DNA of 62,410 nt, counting the filler. It is 7 parts of 7 records of this genome, joined end to end, with 100 filler letters (N's around TTAATTAATTAA, not from the genome) between each part and the next. Parts side by side here need not be neighbours in the genome. Positions count along the whole stretch, not along the records: positions 39,042 to 48,990 come from SRR31147125_23535; positions 49,091 to 54,335 come from SRR31147125_23565; 5 more parts are not named here. The stretch is one strand, 5' to 3'. The notes beneath the pieces are model-generated. The model was not told where the DNA came from. It did no database searches and saw only the letters and a program-made list of their open reading frames with translations. The translations under genes and the position numbers were made by a program. Shown here one piece after another: positions 39,754 through 51,695 of the stretch; position 1 is the first letter of the stretch, and each line of letters starts with the position of its first letter.

Positions 39754-40428
39754 TCACGCCCGGGGCAACACGGGGTTTACCCTGGTGGAATTGATGATCG
39801 CCATAATGATTTTTTCAGGAATAATGCTCATGCTGTTTACCTCATTTGACGCATTTGTCTCTTCTGGCCAGGCCATTTCAGGGACATTGAACACCAACAA
39901 AAAGGCCATGATTGCCCTGGATCGCATGGCACAGGATCTTAAGCATATTTACCTGCTGCCCCAGGCCATGTATGGGGCCCTGGAAAAAAATGAAATGGAT
40001 GGGTTTGCCCTGAAAGGAGAGGTGGAGTACATGGGACAAAAATCTTTTTCCAGACTCTCGTTTTGCTCTCTTGAACTCATTGAGATGAAAGATGACCCGG
40101 CGCAATTGGCTGCCGTGACCTATTATGTGACCCGAAACAATGCCCTGGGCTATGATTTGATGCGCTCTGAAACCCGCCCGGATAACAATCAGGAGCGCAT
40201 GGACATTGATGATTGTCTGGACCCGGTTCTTGTCGCTGATATCAGCCGGTTTGACATTGAGTATTCAGGGGGGCTCTGGAAGGGGCAGATGCCTGGGATT
40301 CAGATGACAGCAATGTGTCGGCGCTTATGCCCCAAATGGTCAGCATTGTTTTGGGCATTAAGGACAATGACCGTGAACTTTTGTTTCGCACGGCCCTGTG
40401 TTTACCGGTGAACCGGGAGGTCCTTTGA
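39731..40428 (+). CDS. gspJ: T2SS minor pseudopilin GspJ (frameshift near 40270)
   Basis: 'TG|FTLVELMIAI', 'DRMAQDL'; alternate frame gives 'WDS...P..V.I.L' ending at 40428 overlapping the gspK start. Confidence 0.8.
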
Positions 40429-41548
40429 TCCGGTTGATTAAAGATGAAAAAGGGGTGGCCCTGATCGCCACTTTGGGGGTGGTGGCCATCCTTTTGGTTC
40501 TGGCCCTGGCCACAGGGAAAAAGGCCCGGGACACCGCGTCCCTGACCTGGGCCCGAACCCAGACCTTTGAGGCCGGCCAAGCGGCCTGGTCCGGCATTCA
40601 TCTGGCCCTTTATGTCCTGGCCCTGGACGGGGCCGGGGGACTCGGGATTCGGTTCAGGATATTTGGGCCCGGCCCGACGCCCTCAAGCCTCTCATGGAAG
40701 AGATGGGACTGGACACGGATCAGGTTCATCTGTCCATTACCGATGAAATGGGAAAGATCCAGATCAATGCCCTGCTGTCCTATTTCCCGGGCAACCAGAC
40801 CAATACGGTGCAGCGGGAATTGTTGCAGCAGTTTTTTTCCATTGCCCAATCAAATTTGGCAGCATCAAAAGATTCAGGGGCATCAGGCAATCCGGCTGAC
40901 CCGGCAGGCAAGGTCAATGCCCTTAAAGACTGGCTGGATTCCAGGGATAATGATGCTGTCACCGGCACCTCAGGGGCAGAGTCTGATTATTATCGTGCCT
41001 TAACCCCGGGCTATGACTGCGGCAACGGCCCCTTTCTCCGGCTTGGCCAGCTTGGCTTTGTTAAAGGGATGGAGAGCCTTTCGTGGTCTTTCAGCGATTT
41101 TGGCCAGGCCTTTAACAGGGTAACCCCGGATCAGGTCCTCACGGTATTCGGCCTTAAGGATGGGGCAAAAAAGAGCGAAAAGCGCTATTCTTTTTCTGGC
41201 CGGATCAATATCAACACCGCCCCTATACCTGTCTTGGCGGCCATGATGCCCCAGGGCCTTGAACGGCTGGCAGTGGATCTTGCCGAGTATAGAACAGCGC
41301 CCGGTCATGAAGAGGGCAGCTTTGCCCACGACCTTCATTCAGGATGGTACAAGGCCATTGCCCTTTTGGACTCCGATGCGATTTCATCCCTTTCAAGCCT
41401 TGTCACCTATTCCAGCAGTATTTACAGGGCTGACTGCCTGGTCCGCCAAAACGGGGTCAGGGTGCATTTGTCTGCGGTGATTCAACGGTCAAAGGATGAT
41501 GCCACCGGGGCATGGAGCGCTCGTCTTTTGAGGGTGGAACAGGTCTAA
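40425..41548 (+). CDS. gspK: T2SS minor pseudopilin GspK (frameshift near 40640)
   Basis: TTG behind GGAGG; 'KG|VALIATL', 'ITDEMGKIQINAL', 'DWLD', 'GAESDYY', 'RININTA'. Confidence 0.85.
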
Positions 41549-41551
41549 GCC

Positions 41552-42943
41552 ATGGCAGAAACCTGTTTAACTCTTCAGATTCAACACCAGGGGCTTGGGG
41601 CCTGGATAGGCAATGAGTCCCTGCTCATCCCCTGGCCCCAAGACAATGAACAAGAGACAGATTTGTTTGGCCGTGCCTTGGGGGTTTTGGCTGAACAATA
41701 CGATTTAAGTTCATGTTCCCGCGCAGTCATGCTGGTACCGGACCGGCAGTTTTTTTTCAGGCTTAACAGCTTTCCTTTTACCTCTTCTTCCAAGATTGGC
41801 AAGGTGCTTCCCATGGCCCTGCAATCGGGTTTCCCGGATGGCCAGGTCCCCATGCTCACTGATTTTTCAATGGTTGGCACCGGCATAGAAAAGGGCAGTT
41901 GCTGGGTGAGTTCAGCATCCATTGAAAAGGAGAAAATTCGCGCCTGGGCCCTGGGGGTAAAGGTCTTGAACATCAAACTTTTTGGAGTCCTTCCCCGGAC
42001 AGCAGCCCTGGCAGCCCTGTGGCTCAAACCAAAGAAATCCATCCAGGACCTGATATTTTTAGATATTTCCCAGGATCAGGTTACCCTCCTTGCCGCGGTG
42101 AATCGGCGGCCTGTGCTGGTCCGTCATTTTTCAAGGCAGGCCGCAGGGCCAAAGTCTCTGGCAGCGGCTGTGAATCAGACGGTTCTTGGGATCAATCAGC
42201 GCATGGCCTATTGGATTGATCCTGAACTGGTGATCACAGGCACCCAGAACGATCCTTTGGTCCAGGAGGCTGCCCGGGCAATGGAAGCTGGTGTCGCGCA
42301 AACGCTTTCAGACCTGCGCCTGACCCTGGAAAACCAAGCCGGGCTTGAGCAGATGCTGGCCCAGGAGGCCCAGATTCCAGACTGCTTTAACCTGTGCCAG
42401 GGGGTTTACGGCCAGGGTGCTTTTTTAAAGGCATACGGCCGGAGCATACTGGGCTCAGGCCTGCTTGCCGCCCTGGTCTTTATCGTGTTCATGGCAGGGA
42501 TCTGGTCGGAAAATGAAAGGCTTAACACCCAGGTTACCCACAAGCAGCAGATTATTTCAGAGATATTTAAACAGAGTTTTCCTTTAAAAAAGATGGGAGG
42601 CATCGATCCGCTGCTGCTTATGGAGGCCAGTGTCCGGGATTTGACCCGGAACACCCAAAGCACGCTTAAAGATCCATTGGCCAATCTGTCCGGGCTAAAG
42701 GCCGGGCAGATCATCCTTGAGCTGTCCCGGCAGATCCCCAAATCCGTGGATCTGGAAATCTCCCGGCTCATGCTGGATAAAGGGCGGCTGATGCTGTCAG
42801 GGTCTGCGGATAATTTTAATACGGTGGACCGGGCAAAGAATCTGATTGCCGCCTCCCCCCTGTTTAAAAAAGTCGAGATCAGCTCGGCTGTGGCCGGCAA
42901 AAATAATATCCGGGTGGATTTTAAACTTCATATTGAGATTTAA
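41552..42943 (+). CDS. gspL: T2SS inner-membrane platform protein GspL
   Basis: Actin-like cytoplasmic domain, one TM, PilN-like periplasmic end 'LSGSADNFNTVD'; position between K and M. Confidence 0.8.
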   Translation: MAETCLTLQIQHQGLGAWIGNESLLIPWPQDNEQETDLFGRALGVLAEQYDLSSCSRAVMLVPDRQFFFRLNSFPFTSSSKIGKVLPMALQSGFPDGQVPMLTDFSMVGTGIEKGSCWVSSASIEKEKIRAWALGVKVLNIKLFGVLPRTAALAALWLKPKKSIQDLIFLDISQDQVTLLAAVNRRPVLVRHFSRQAAGPKSLAAAVNQTVLGINQRMAYWIDPELVITGTQNDPLVQEAARAMEAGVAQTLSDLRLTLENQAGLEQMLAQEAQIPDCFNLCQGVYGQGAFLKAYGRSILGSGLLAALVFIVFMAGIWSENERLNTQVTHKQQIISEIFKQSFPLKKMGGIDPLLLMEASVRDLTRNTQSTLKDPLANLSGLKAGQIILELSRQIPKSVDLEISRLMLDKGRLMLSGSADNFNTVDRAKNLIAASPLFKKVEISSAVAGKNNIRVDFKLHIEI

Positions 42944-42956
42944 ATGGAAATATTAA

Positions 42957-43474
42957 ATGGAAATATCTGAGCGGGATAAAAAAATAATGATTGGCGGGGG
43001 TGTTTTTCTGTTTTTTTCAGCCTGCTTCAATTTGTTTATTTTCCGGCGGTGGATAAGCATGCTGCCCTGGAATCAAAGCTGGGATCTCTGGATAAGGGGA
43101 TTGAGCGCATGTACGCCTTGCAGCAGACCTACACAAAAAAGGTCGGACACTTGGACAAGGAATGGGAATTGTTCAAAAAACGGGACAAAACCTTTACCCT
43201 GTTTTCGTTTCTGGACGCCCAATGCCGGAAAAGCGGGGTAAAAAAGAATGTGGCCTATATGAAGCCTTTTTCCCAACCCATTGACAACAGCGAGTATGCC
43301 ATCTCCAAGGTCACGGTCAAGTTGCAGCAGGTCTACCTCAAAGGTCTGATGGACTTTTTATACCGGGTTGAAAACTCTGGCAATGGAATCAGTGTCACCT
43401 CCCTGTCCTTAAACCGGACCGGAGATGAGGACAATGTGCTTGACGCAGTGATTGAAACCCAGACCCTTTCCTAA
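42957..43474 (+). CDS. gspM: T2SS protein GspM (frameshift in T run near 43015)
   Basis: 'SERDKKIMIGGG' N-terminus; 'FTLFSFLD', 'L.DFLYRVE'. Confidence 0.8.
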
Positions 43475-43479
43475 AAGGA

Positions 43480-44355
43480 GCGTCCTAAAATCGGCCTGAG
43501 AGCTCCCCTATATTATCTGCTGTTTTTTGTGGCAGCCACCTTGTTTTTGCGGTAATCCATTTTCCCGTGCAGAAACTGTCCGACCAGCTGGTGGCCAGTG
43601 TCAACCACACCTGCCCCTTTTTGAATTTCACGCCGGGCCCAGCGTCATTTGTCCTGCCCATGGGCATTTCCTATGAGGAAGCCAGCGTTGGGGTGGGTAA
43701 AACAAATCACCTTGGGAACATCCATATCAATTTGGGGCTGCTTTCCCTGCTAAAATCCGGCAAATCCCTTGGGTTTAAAGCCGATCTTTCAGGGGGCACC
43801 ATTCAAGGAGACCTTTGGGGTCTTGTGTTACCGGAACATCGGTTCAGCCGGGCCACCTTCATGTTCAAGGGGGTTGAGGTCAGGAATTATACCCATACAG
43901 CTTCCAAAGAGACTATTGATCTGAACTTTGATCTGGACGGGACCTGCCGATTTGAACCCGGCCATGAAAACGCTTCAGGTGATTTGGTTCTCAAGGCCCT
44001 GTCCATTGATCTTAAACACTTGGACGGGTTCACGCGCATGGGGGTGGACACCCTCTCCTTTAATCGGGTGGATCTGTCCCTGGGCATTGAAAATGGGGTG
44101 GTTTCAGTTGAAAAAGCCGTTGCCAAAGGCCCCATGCTGGGGCTGACCCTCACAGGCAGGATCGGTGCTGACCGGTCCCTTGATTTAAAAGGCTGGATGA
44201 CCCCCACCCCGTCCATGGTATCCAAACTCAGCCGTGTGGCAGATGTGCGTGAGTTGTTCGGCAAGGCCAGCGGCAAGGGCATTGCCATCAGTTTTACCGG
44301 CACTTGGTCTGCACCTAAATTGGTCTTGCAAAGCAAAGGGGCAACGGCCAAATGA
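43480..44355 (+). CDS. gspN: T2SS protein GspN-like (5' end disturbed, start uncertain)
   Basis: TM then 'HFP'; beta-rich body ending 'GT..AP'; position after gspM. Confidence 0.6.
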
Positions 44356-44995
44356 TAAAATATCTGTTTATAACCATGAATCTGGTCTGCCTGACCCTGT
44401 GTGCCCACCTGGCCGTGAACGGGGTCTTGGGCAGCCTGTTGGGTGTACCAGGCGACCCGCCTCAGGCCCAGGGCCCAGCATTTTCTGCCCCCGGGCCTGC
44501 AGAAAATCCAAGGCCTTTGGCATTAAATTTTGACGGGCAATACCGTCATGTGGCCGGGCGCAACCTGTTCATGGTGAAAACTCAATCCCTTGCCCCCAAG
44601 CCCCGGAAAAAAAGATAAGTGCAGACCATGCAAAGCCAAGCACCCTGGATATCAAGCTCAAGGGGGTGGTCATGGGCATGTCCCCGGCCTGGGCCGTGAT
44701 CGAGGAGGGGCAAAAGAAAATCCAGACCTTGTATAAAATAGGGGATACAATCCAGGGGGGCAAATCACACAAATTTTAAAGGATCGGGTCATTTTTGTTA
44801 AAAACGGGGAAGCCTTTCGCCTGGAAATGGATATCCGGACCGGTGGCCTGGGGAAATCCGGGGCTGAATCCAGAACCCCTTCTGCCGGCAAAACAGCCTT
44901 GCGCCCTGAAAAGAACCAAGCCTCCCCGCCCTCCCCGAAAAAGGGTATTGAAAACCAGTTACCCCCGGACGGGTCCTCCCCGGCCAAGGGATAAT
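44352..44995 (+). CDS. gspC: T2SS protein GspC-like (multiple frameshifts, end uncertain)
   Basis: N-terminal TM, 'RNLF', then 'IKLKGVV.G....AVIE...Q.LYKIGD.I.G' in a shifted frame; upstream of gspD. Confidence 0.65.
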
Positions 44996-45014
44996 CAAAT
45001 AAAGGAGTTATTGA

Positions 45015-46988
45015 ATGCTGTCCAGCTGTGCCCAAAACCCTTTACGGATCACCTGTGCAATTTGTGCAATTTTTGTATTGATCTGTTTTTTAGTCTGCCC
45101 GGCAGGGGCAACACCGCCTGCAAAGGATGGACAATTTGTATCCATGGATTTCAACGATGTGGATATCACGGTGTTTATCAAGTTCATCAGCAAACTGACC
45201 CATAAAAATTTTGTGGTGGACAGCCAGATCAAGGGTAAGGTCACTATTATTTCCCCTGAAAAAATTACCGTAGACGAGGCGTACAAGGTTTTTTTATCGG
45301 TGTTGCACATCAATGGATACGCCACGGTGGACGCGGGTAATGTCACCAAGGTGGTGGCCCTGCCCAATGCTGTAGGGGACAATGTGGACACTGGAATCCC
45401 CCAGCCCCTTTCCAGCACCTCGGACAAAATCGTCACCCGGATCATCCAGCTCAAATACGCCAACAGCGAAGAGTTAAAAACCTTGTTAACCCCCCTTGTT
45501 CCCAAAGGCAATGTAATCTTGTCCTATGCGGACAGCAATATGCTTATTGTTACTGCGCCCCAGGCCAGTATCCGGCGGTTGATAAAGATCATTGACACCA
45601 TTGATATCAAAGGCACCGGACAGATCCTGAGCGTGTTACCCGTGGAGTATGCCGATGCCTCGGATCTTGTGACCACCTTTTCCTCCATTTACAATGCCAG
45701 GTCCGGAAAATCCAAGGGGAAAAACACCAATGACAGCCAGGTGAGCATGGTGGCGGACGAGAGAACCAACTCGATCATTGTTCTGGCCAGTGAGCAGGAG
45801 AGCCAGCGGGTGGAAAGCCTGGTCTCGATTCTGGACAAAAAGGTGCCCAAGGGCGAAGAGAGAATTCGGGTCTACTATCTGGAGCATTCCGATGCCGAGG
45901 AATTGGCCCAGGTGCTCCAGGAGATCCCGCAAAGTGAGGCTGCCTCGGATACTGAAAAGGGGAAAAAAACCAAGCCCCTGCTCTCTGACGATATCAAGAT
46001 CACGGCGGATGCCGGTACCAACAGTTTGATTATCATCGCCAACAAAGATGATTACGCCGTGCTCGAGGATGTGATTTCAAAGCTGGATATTCCCAGGGCC
46101 ATGGTCTACATGGAGTGTCTGCTCATGGAGGTTAATGCGGATAAAGGACTGGATCTGGGCACGGAATGGCAGGTCGGGCAAAGCGTTGGAAGTTCCAGTA
46201 TAATTTTGGGCGGTTTTGGCGGTACCACTGAGGATGACGGGTATTCCAACTTGAGCAGTGCTGCTTCAGCCACCCTGTCATCGGGATTTTCCTTTGGGGT
46301 GCTGGGGGACTCCATTGAGATCGGCGGGGTGAGTTTTCCTTCCATATCCGCCATTATCCAGGCCTATAAGAGCGATGACGATGTCCATATCCTGTCCACC
46401 CCCCAAATTCTGACCACTGAAAACCAGGAAGCCACCATCACCGTGGGCAAAAACGTGCCCTACCAGACCAGTTCATCAACGGACGACGATGACGACACCA
46501 CCACCTACTACGAATACAAGGATGTGGGTATCACCTTGAAAATTACCCCCTCCATCTCCCAGGACCGGCTGGTGCGCCTGGATTTTTACCAGGAGATCAC
46601 CAAGCTGGATTCAGCCTCCACCACCAATTCGGACCGTCCCACCACCTATAAAAGGGAGGTGCAGACCAATATTATTGTGGAAGACGGCAGTTCCGTTGTC
46701 ATTGGCGGACTCATTGACGAATCCATGTCCCAGTCTGTGACCAAGGCCCCTTGCCTGGGGGATGTCCCTTTTTTGGGCTATGCCTTTAAAAGTGAATCCT
46801 CCTCCAGCGAGAAAACCAACCTGTATTTCTTTTTAACCCCCAAAGTCATCAAAAATCCATTGGAAGCCACGCAATTGTATAAGAAAAAAAAAGAACATGT
46901 TGACAGCATGGGAAAAAGTCAGATCAAATTTTATGACGAGGATGATGATAAAAGTCTGAAGGGGTTTTTAACCGGTGACGACGACTGA
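45015..46988 (+). CDS. gspD: T2SS secretin GspD
   Basis: 'MDFNDVDI', 'DERTNSIIV', 'ILSTPQILT', 'DVGITLKITP', 'IGGLI', 'LGDVPFLG..F', 'FLTPKVI'. Confidence 0.95.
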   Translation: MLSSCAQNPLRITCAICAIFVLICFLVCPAGATPPAKDGQFVSMDFNDVDITVFIKFISKLTHKNFVVDSQIKGKVTIISPEKITVDEAYKVFLSVLHINGYATVDAGNVTKVVALPNAVGDNVDTGIPQPLSSTSDKIVTRIIQLKYANSEELKTLLTPLVPKGNVILSYADSNMLIVTAPQASIRRLIKIIDTIDIKGTGQILSVLPVEYADASDLVTTFSSIYNARSGKSKGKNTNDSQVSMVADERTNSIIVLASEQESQRVESLVSILDKKVPKGEERIRVYYLEHSDAEELAQVLQEIPQSEAASDTEKGKKTKPLLSDDIKITADAGTNSLIIIANKDDYAVLEDVISKLDIPRAMVYMECLLMEVNADKGLDLGTEWQVGQSVGSSSIILGGFGGTTEDDGYSNLSSAASATLSSGFSFGVLGDSIEIGGVSFPSISAIIQAYKSDDDVHILSTPQILTTENQEATITVGKNVPYQTSSSTDDDDDTTTYYEYKDVGITLKITPSISQDRLVRLDFYQEITKLDSASTTNSDRPTTYKREVQTNIIVEDGSSVVIGGLIDESMSQSVTKAPCLGDVPFLGYAFKSESSSSEKTNLYFFLTPKVIKNPLEATQLYKKKKEHVDSMGKSQIKFYDEDDDKSLKGFLTGDDD

Positions 46989-48680
46989 TATGCTTGATAT
47001 TTTTTTTAACGCCCTTTTTGAACAGGTGGATCTGAGTGCTGATCAGCAGGAAAAGATTAAAAGCGCCTGTTCAACGGACAAAACCCGATTTCAGGATCTG
47101 GCCCGGGAGACCAAACTGGTCACGGAAGTACAGGTGCTTACCGCCATGGGCGGTATTTACGGCATTGGCGTGGTCAAGGATTTGTCAGGATTTACCCCGG
47201 GGATCTCATCCACCCAGGAGATGTCCAGAAGTTTTTTAAGGCCCATTGCCTGGTGCCTTTAAAAAACGAGGACCAGAACATGGTAATTGCAATGAACGAC
47301 CCCAGCCTACTGGGCCTGGCCAGTGAGGCGGCAAGCCTGGCCGAAATTCAGTGCTGGCAGCCGGTGCTGGCACCGAGGGATCAGATCCTTTTGAAGGTCA
47401 ACCTTTTGTTCGATCATGCCGGCAGCGATGTCAGGCAGATGGTGGATGATATGCAAGAGGACGACTCCCTTCATATCGAGGACATGGACGAGACCGCAGA
47501 TCTTCTGGACGATGCCTCGGATGCCCCGGTCATTCGCCTGGTCAACCAGATGATTTCCCAGTCTGTCAAGGCCGGGGCGTCGGACATCCATGTGGAGCCT
47601 TTTCAGGATGAGTTGATGGTCCGGTACCGAATCGACGGCATCCTCTATGAAATGATGACCCCGGCCAAGGGATTTCAATCAGCTTTGATCTCCAGGATCA
47701 AGGTCATGGCCAAGATGAATATTGCGGAAAAACGCCTGCCCCAGGACGGGCGGGCCCAGGTCAGGCTGGGCAACCAGGAGGTGGATCTTAGAATTTCAAC
47801 TGTGCCCACCTCCTTTGGCGAGCGATTGGTCATCAGATTGTTAAACAAGTCCGGAACCTTTATGAGCTTTTCCGAGTTCGGGCTCTCCCAGGCCAATCAA
47901 ACCTGTATTCATGATATTTTCCGGCAGAACCACGGCATCGTCCTGGTTACAGGCCCCACGGGAAGCGGGAAAACCACCACCCTGTATGCCGGGCTGTCCG
48001 AGATCAACGCCCCGGATAAATCCATAATCACGGTTGAGGATCCTGTGGAGTACAACCTCAAGGGAATCGGTCAGATCCAGGTGAACCAGAAGACCGGCCT
48101 GACCTTTGCCCGGGGGCTAAGATCCATTGTCCGCCAGGACCCGGATATTATTCTCATCGGTGAGATCCGGGATATGGAGACCGCAGAGATCGCCATTCAA
48201 TCGGCCTTAACCGGGCATCTGGTGTTTTCCACCCTGCATACCAATGATGCGGCAGGCGCGGTCACCCGTCTGGTGGATCTTGGCATTGAACCCTATTTGA
48301 TATCCTCCTCGGTCAATCATGTCATGGCCCAGCGCCTGATCCGAGTCTTATGCGCCCATTGCAAAGAAGAATTTATCCTGGACGACAAAAAGATCCAAAG
48401 TTTGAGGTATCTGTCGGGATTGGTGCCGGGCCAGGTGGTCTATGGGCCCAAAGGCTGTCCCAAATGTTTTAACACAGGCTATTTGGGACGCCAGGCCATC
48501 ATGGAAATTTTCACCTTGGACGAGGAGATCAAAAACTTGATTCTTCAGACCTCCGATGCCAACCAGATCAAAGAGCTTGCCGTTAAAAAGGGCATGATCA
48601 CCCTGAGGCAGGACGGCATTGCCAAGGTGATCCAGGGCATTACATCCATCAGGGAGGTGCTGCGTGTTACCCAGGGCTAG
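46975..48680 (+). CDS. gspE: T2SS ATPase GspE (frameshift near 47240)
   Basis: 'ASDIHVEP', 'RLPQDG', 'GPTGSGKTTTLY', 'EDPVEY', 'RQDPDIILIGEIRD', 'TGHLVFSTLHTN', CxxC pairs. Confidence 0.95.
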
Positions 48681-48990
48681 GAAATTGTATATTCTTTGGG
48701 GGGTTATGCTGGTGTTTCTGGCATCTGGTGCCGGGGCACAAGAGCCTGGTGTATCGGTGTTAGGGTTTTATCAAAAAATCATCTCTCCTGTGGACGGGGA
48801 CCGCTGTCCCATGACCCCATCCTGCTCCCAGTATGCGGCCCAGGCCGTCAAAAAACACGGCCCTGTGGTCGGATATATCATGGCCATGGACAGAATTATG
48901 CGTTGCGGCAGGGATATCAAGCATATTGCCCCAAAGGTCAGTATGGGCAGTGACATTTATATCAGTGATCCGGTAAAGGACAATGATTTT
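48664..48990 (+). CDS. YidD-family protein with N-terminal signal-like segment (cut by contig end)
   Basis: 'YQKIISP..G.RCPMTPSCSQYA.QA..KHG...G......RI.RC'. Confidence 0.8.
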
Positions 48991-49090
48991 NNNNNNNNNN
49001 NNNNNNNNNNNNNNNNNNNNNNNNNNNNNNNNNNTTAATTAATTAANNNNNNNNNNNNNNNNNNNNNNNNNNNNNNNNNNNNNNNNNNNN
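48991..49090. other. Artificial contig-joining spacer
   Basis: N44-TTAATTAATTAA-N44. Confidence 0.98.
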
Positions 49091-49122
49091 ATAATCCGGT
49101 GGAGGCACTTCGATATGAGTAA
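49091..49122 (+). CDS. Last codons of an upstream FtsX/MacB-family permease
   Basis: NPVEALRYE-stop, same as the C-terminus of the next gene. Confidence 0.8.
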
Positions 49123-49196
49123 CAAAATCTTTTTTCAAAAAAAGTACAAGAATGTATAAAAACAAAAAATAAACTATAAAAAAATCATAATCAAAA

Positions 49197-51614
49197 ATGT
49201 TTCAACATTACCTAAAAATGGCCTTCAGAAACCAGGCTAAAAACAAACTATTCTCCATCATTAATCTTCTGGGATTATCAATTGGCCTGGCCGTTTCTGT
49301 TCTAATAATTAACTATGTCTCTTATGAATATAGTTTTGATAAATTCCATTCAAAAGAAGATAGAATTTACCGTGTTGAAAGTAAATTTTATGAAGGCGAA
49401 AAGATGACAGACGATTGGGCTACCAGCTCTTTTGGATATGGCAGTGCCATAAATTCTGAAATGACAGGTATTGAAGATTATGTGCGAATTGGCATTCAAA
49501 ATACGGAACAAACTGTAGCATATCGCGAAAAGCGTAGTCGTGAAGAGGGAATCGCTTTTGCCGGGAATTCGTTCTTCTCGGTTTTCGATTTTCAGCTAAA
49601 AAAAGGAGCCGAAAACGACCAGTTAATTAGGCCCAACACAGTTGTTATTACTGAAAATGTAGCTCAGCGTTTTTTTAAAGATGACGATCCCATCGGGAAA
49701 TTATTGACTTTTGCAAACGGTTCTATTTTTTATGAGTGTGAGGTTACCGGAATTCTGGAAGATTTCCCGCAAAATTCACACATCCGGTTTAATTACATAA
49801 TCTCATACGAAACTCTTCCAATTTATATGAAAGAATTTTGGTATTTACACGAAGCATATACCTATCTTTTATTATCGCCTGGTAAAAATCCAAAAGACAT
49901 TGAAAATCAGTTCCCGGCAATGGCTGAGAAATACAAAACTATGGATGCACTAAAAGATAAAACCTGGGCTGTTTCACTTGTTCCATTAAAAGACATCCAT
50001 ATAAATCCACAAAAACAATATGAAAAAGAAATAAAAGGAAACCGAAGTTCGCTGGTTACCTTACTCATAATTGCGTTTGTAATCTTGCTCACAGCCTGGA
50101 TTAATTACGTAAACTTAACCACTGCACGTTCTATGGAAAGAGCTAAAGATGTAGGAATTAGAAAAGTTTCAGGTGCATTTCGTTTTCAATTAATCAGGCA
50201 ATATATGATGGAATCGTGGATGGTTAATATTGCTTCAACTTTGCTGGCATTTATTTTGCTTTTTGCATTTAAACCAATTTTTAATCACCTTATTGAGATA
50301 AAACTTGATCTGTTATTATTGCACGATCCTAAATTCTGGCTTCTGGCAGTAGCCGTTCTTTTTCTTGGTATTGCTGCGTCCGGTTTTTACCCTGCTTTTA
50401 TAATGACCCGAGTTAAACCATCGGTTATTTTAAAAGGAAACTATTTAAAATCTACATCGGCCGGTACAACCCGACAAGTTCTTGTTGTATTTCAATTTGC
50501 AGCTTCACTGTTCTTAATTTGCGGAACTTTCATCGTTTTTCAACAGGTAAAATTTATGCAGAAACAATCTCTTGGTGTCAATATAGATCAAACTATTGTA
50601 TTAAAATACCCGGTAAGCAGAACAGATCTAAACCAGCGTGTCGATTTATTTGCAGAAAACCTGGAAGAAAAACCTTTTGTTCGTTCGGTAAGTCTTGCCG
50701 GATCGGTTCCGGGAATGGAAGTTGCATTTTTTGCTTCAAACCGCTTGCAGAGCGATAATCCGGGGCAAAGCCGTTTATACGAAATGCTAACCGTGGACGA
50801 CCATTTTATAAAAACCTTCGATTTTGAACTTGCCGCTGGCCGTTCGTTCCAGGAAGGATTTGGGAACGAACGCGAAAATTTATTGGTAAATGAAGCCGCA
50901 TTAAAAACACTGGGTATTGCAAGTGCTGAAGAGGCCATTGGGAAACTTGTATTTTTAGAAGGTGAGGCAGAACCTGTTAAAATTATCGGAGTAGTAAAAA
51001 ACTGGCACCAGCGTGGTTTAGGAAACGCATACACTCCCATTATGTTTGTTCTGAATGGAAGACTGGGCTGGATTAATCCAAGATTTATTGCCGTAAAAAC
51101 TGCCGGGACAAATTATGAAACAGCATTAAATTCAATTCGAGAACAGTGGAACAATTATTTCCCTGAAGCTAGTTTCGACTTTCTTTTCCTGGATCAGTTT
51201 TTTGATAATCAATACAAAAACGACCGCCGATTCGGGAGAATTGTAAGCATATTTACAGCACTGGCTTTTTTTATATCCATACTTGGATTATGGGCACTTG
51301 CAGCATTTACAGCATCGAAGAAAGTAAAAGAAGTTGGAGTAAGAAAAGTACTTGGAGCACAAATAAAAAGTATAGTCTATCTCTTTTCACGCGAGATTAT
51401 TGTTCTAATTCTCATCTCTCTGGTAATTGCAACACCAGTTTCAATTTTAGTGATGAAAAACTGGCTAAATAATTATGCTTTTCATACCGGAGTTAATTTT
51501 TGGATTTATATAACAGGAGGAATAGTAACTATTTCAATTGCAATTTTAACAGTAAGCTGGCAAAGTTGGAAAGCAGCTACCAAAAATCCGGTTGAAGCGC
51601 TACGATACGAATAG
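49197..51614 (+). CDS. ABC transporter permease, duplicated MacB_PCD/FtsX domains (Bacteroidota type)
   Basis: 'INLLGLSIG', 'NYVNLTTARS.ERAK.VGIRKV.GA', 'KEVGVRKVLGA', 'NPVEALRYE'. Confidence 0.93.
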   Translation: MFQHYLKMAFRNQAKNKLFSIINLLGLSIGLAVSVLIINYVSYEYSFDKFHSKEDRIYRVESKFYEGEKMTDDWATSSFGYGSAINSEMTGIEDYVRIGIQNTEQTVAYREKRSREEGIAFAGNSFFSVFDFQLKKGAENDQLIRPNTVVITENVAQRFFKDDDPIGKLLTFANGSIFYECEVTGILEDFPQNSHIRFNYIISYETLPIYMKEFWYLHEAYTYLLLSPGKNPKDIENQFPAMAEKYKTMDALKDKTWAVSLVPLKDIHINPQKQYEKEIKGNRSSLVTLLIIAFVILLTAWINYVNLTTARSMERAKDVGIRKVSGAFRFQLIRQYMMESWMVNIASTLLAFILLFAFKPIFNHLIEIKLDLLLLHDPKFWLLAVAVLFLGIAASGFYPAFIMTRVKPSVILKGNYLKSTSAGTTRQVLVVFQFAASLFLICGTFIVFQQVKFMQKQSLGVNIDQTIVLKYPVSRTDLNQRVDLFAENLEEKPFVRSVSLAGSVPGMEVAFFASNRLQSDNPGQSRLYEMLTVDDHFIKTFDFELAAGRSFQEGFGNERENLLVNEAALKTLGIASAEEAIGKLVFLEGEAEPVKIIGVVKNWHQRGLGNAYTPIMFVLNGRLGWINPRFIAVKTAGTNYETALNSIREQWNNYFPEASFDFLFLDQFFDNQYKNDRRFGRIVSIFTALAFFISILGLWALAAFTASKKVKEVGVRKVLGAQIKSIVYLFSREIIVLILISLVIATPVSILVMKNWLNNYAFHTGVNFWIYITGGIVTISIAILTVSWQSWKAATKNPVEALRYE

Positions 51615-51695
51615 AGAAAAACAGATCCAAAAATTCAAAGAATCTTGCACAATAAATATAGAATTATTGGTAAAAACAATACAAATCAGTAATAA

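Noticed and set aside
39731-48680. T2SS operon as decaying or phase-variable because of frameshifts
   Set aside because: The same homopolymer indels occur across unrelated contigs, and there are no nonsense substitutions or large deletions; sequencing error is more likely
24812-48990. Phage cluster next to T2SS operon as one secretion/particle system
   Set aside because: Separated by an artificial spacer and different in composition; no physical linkage
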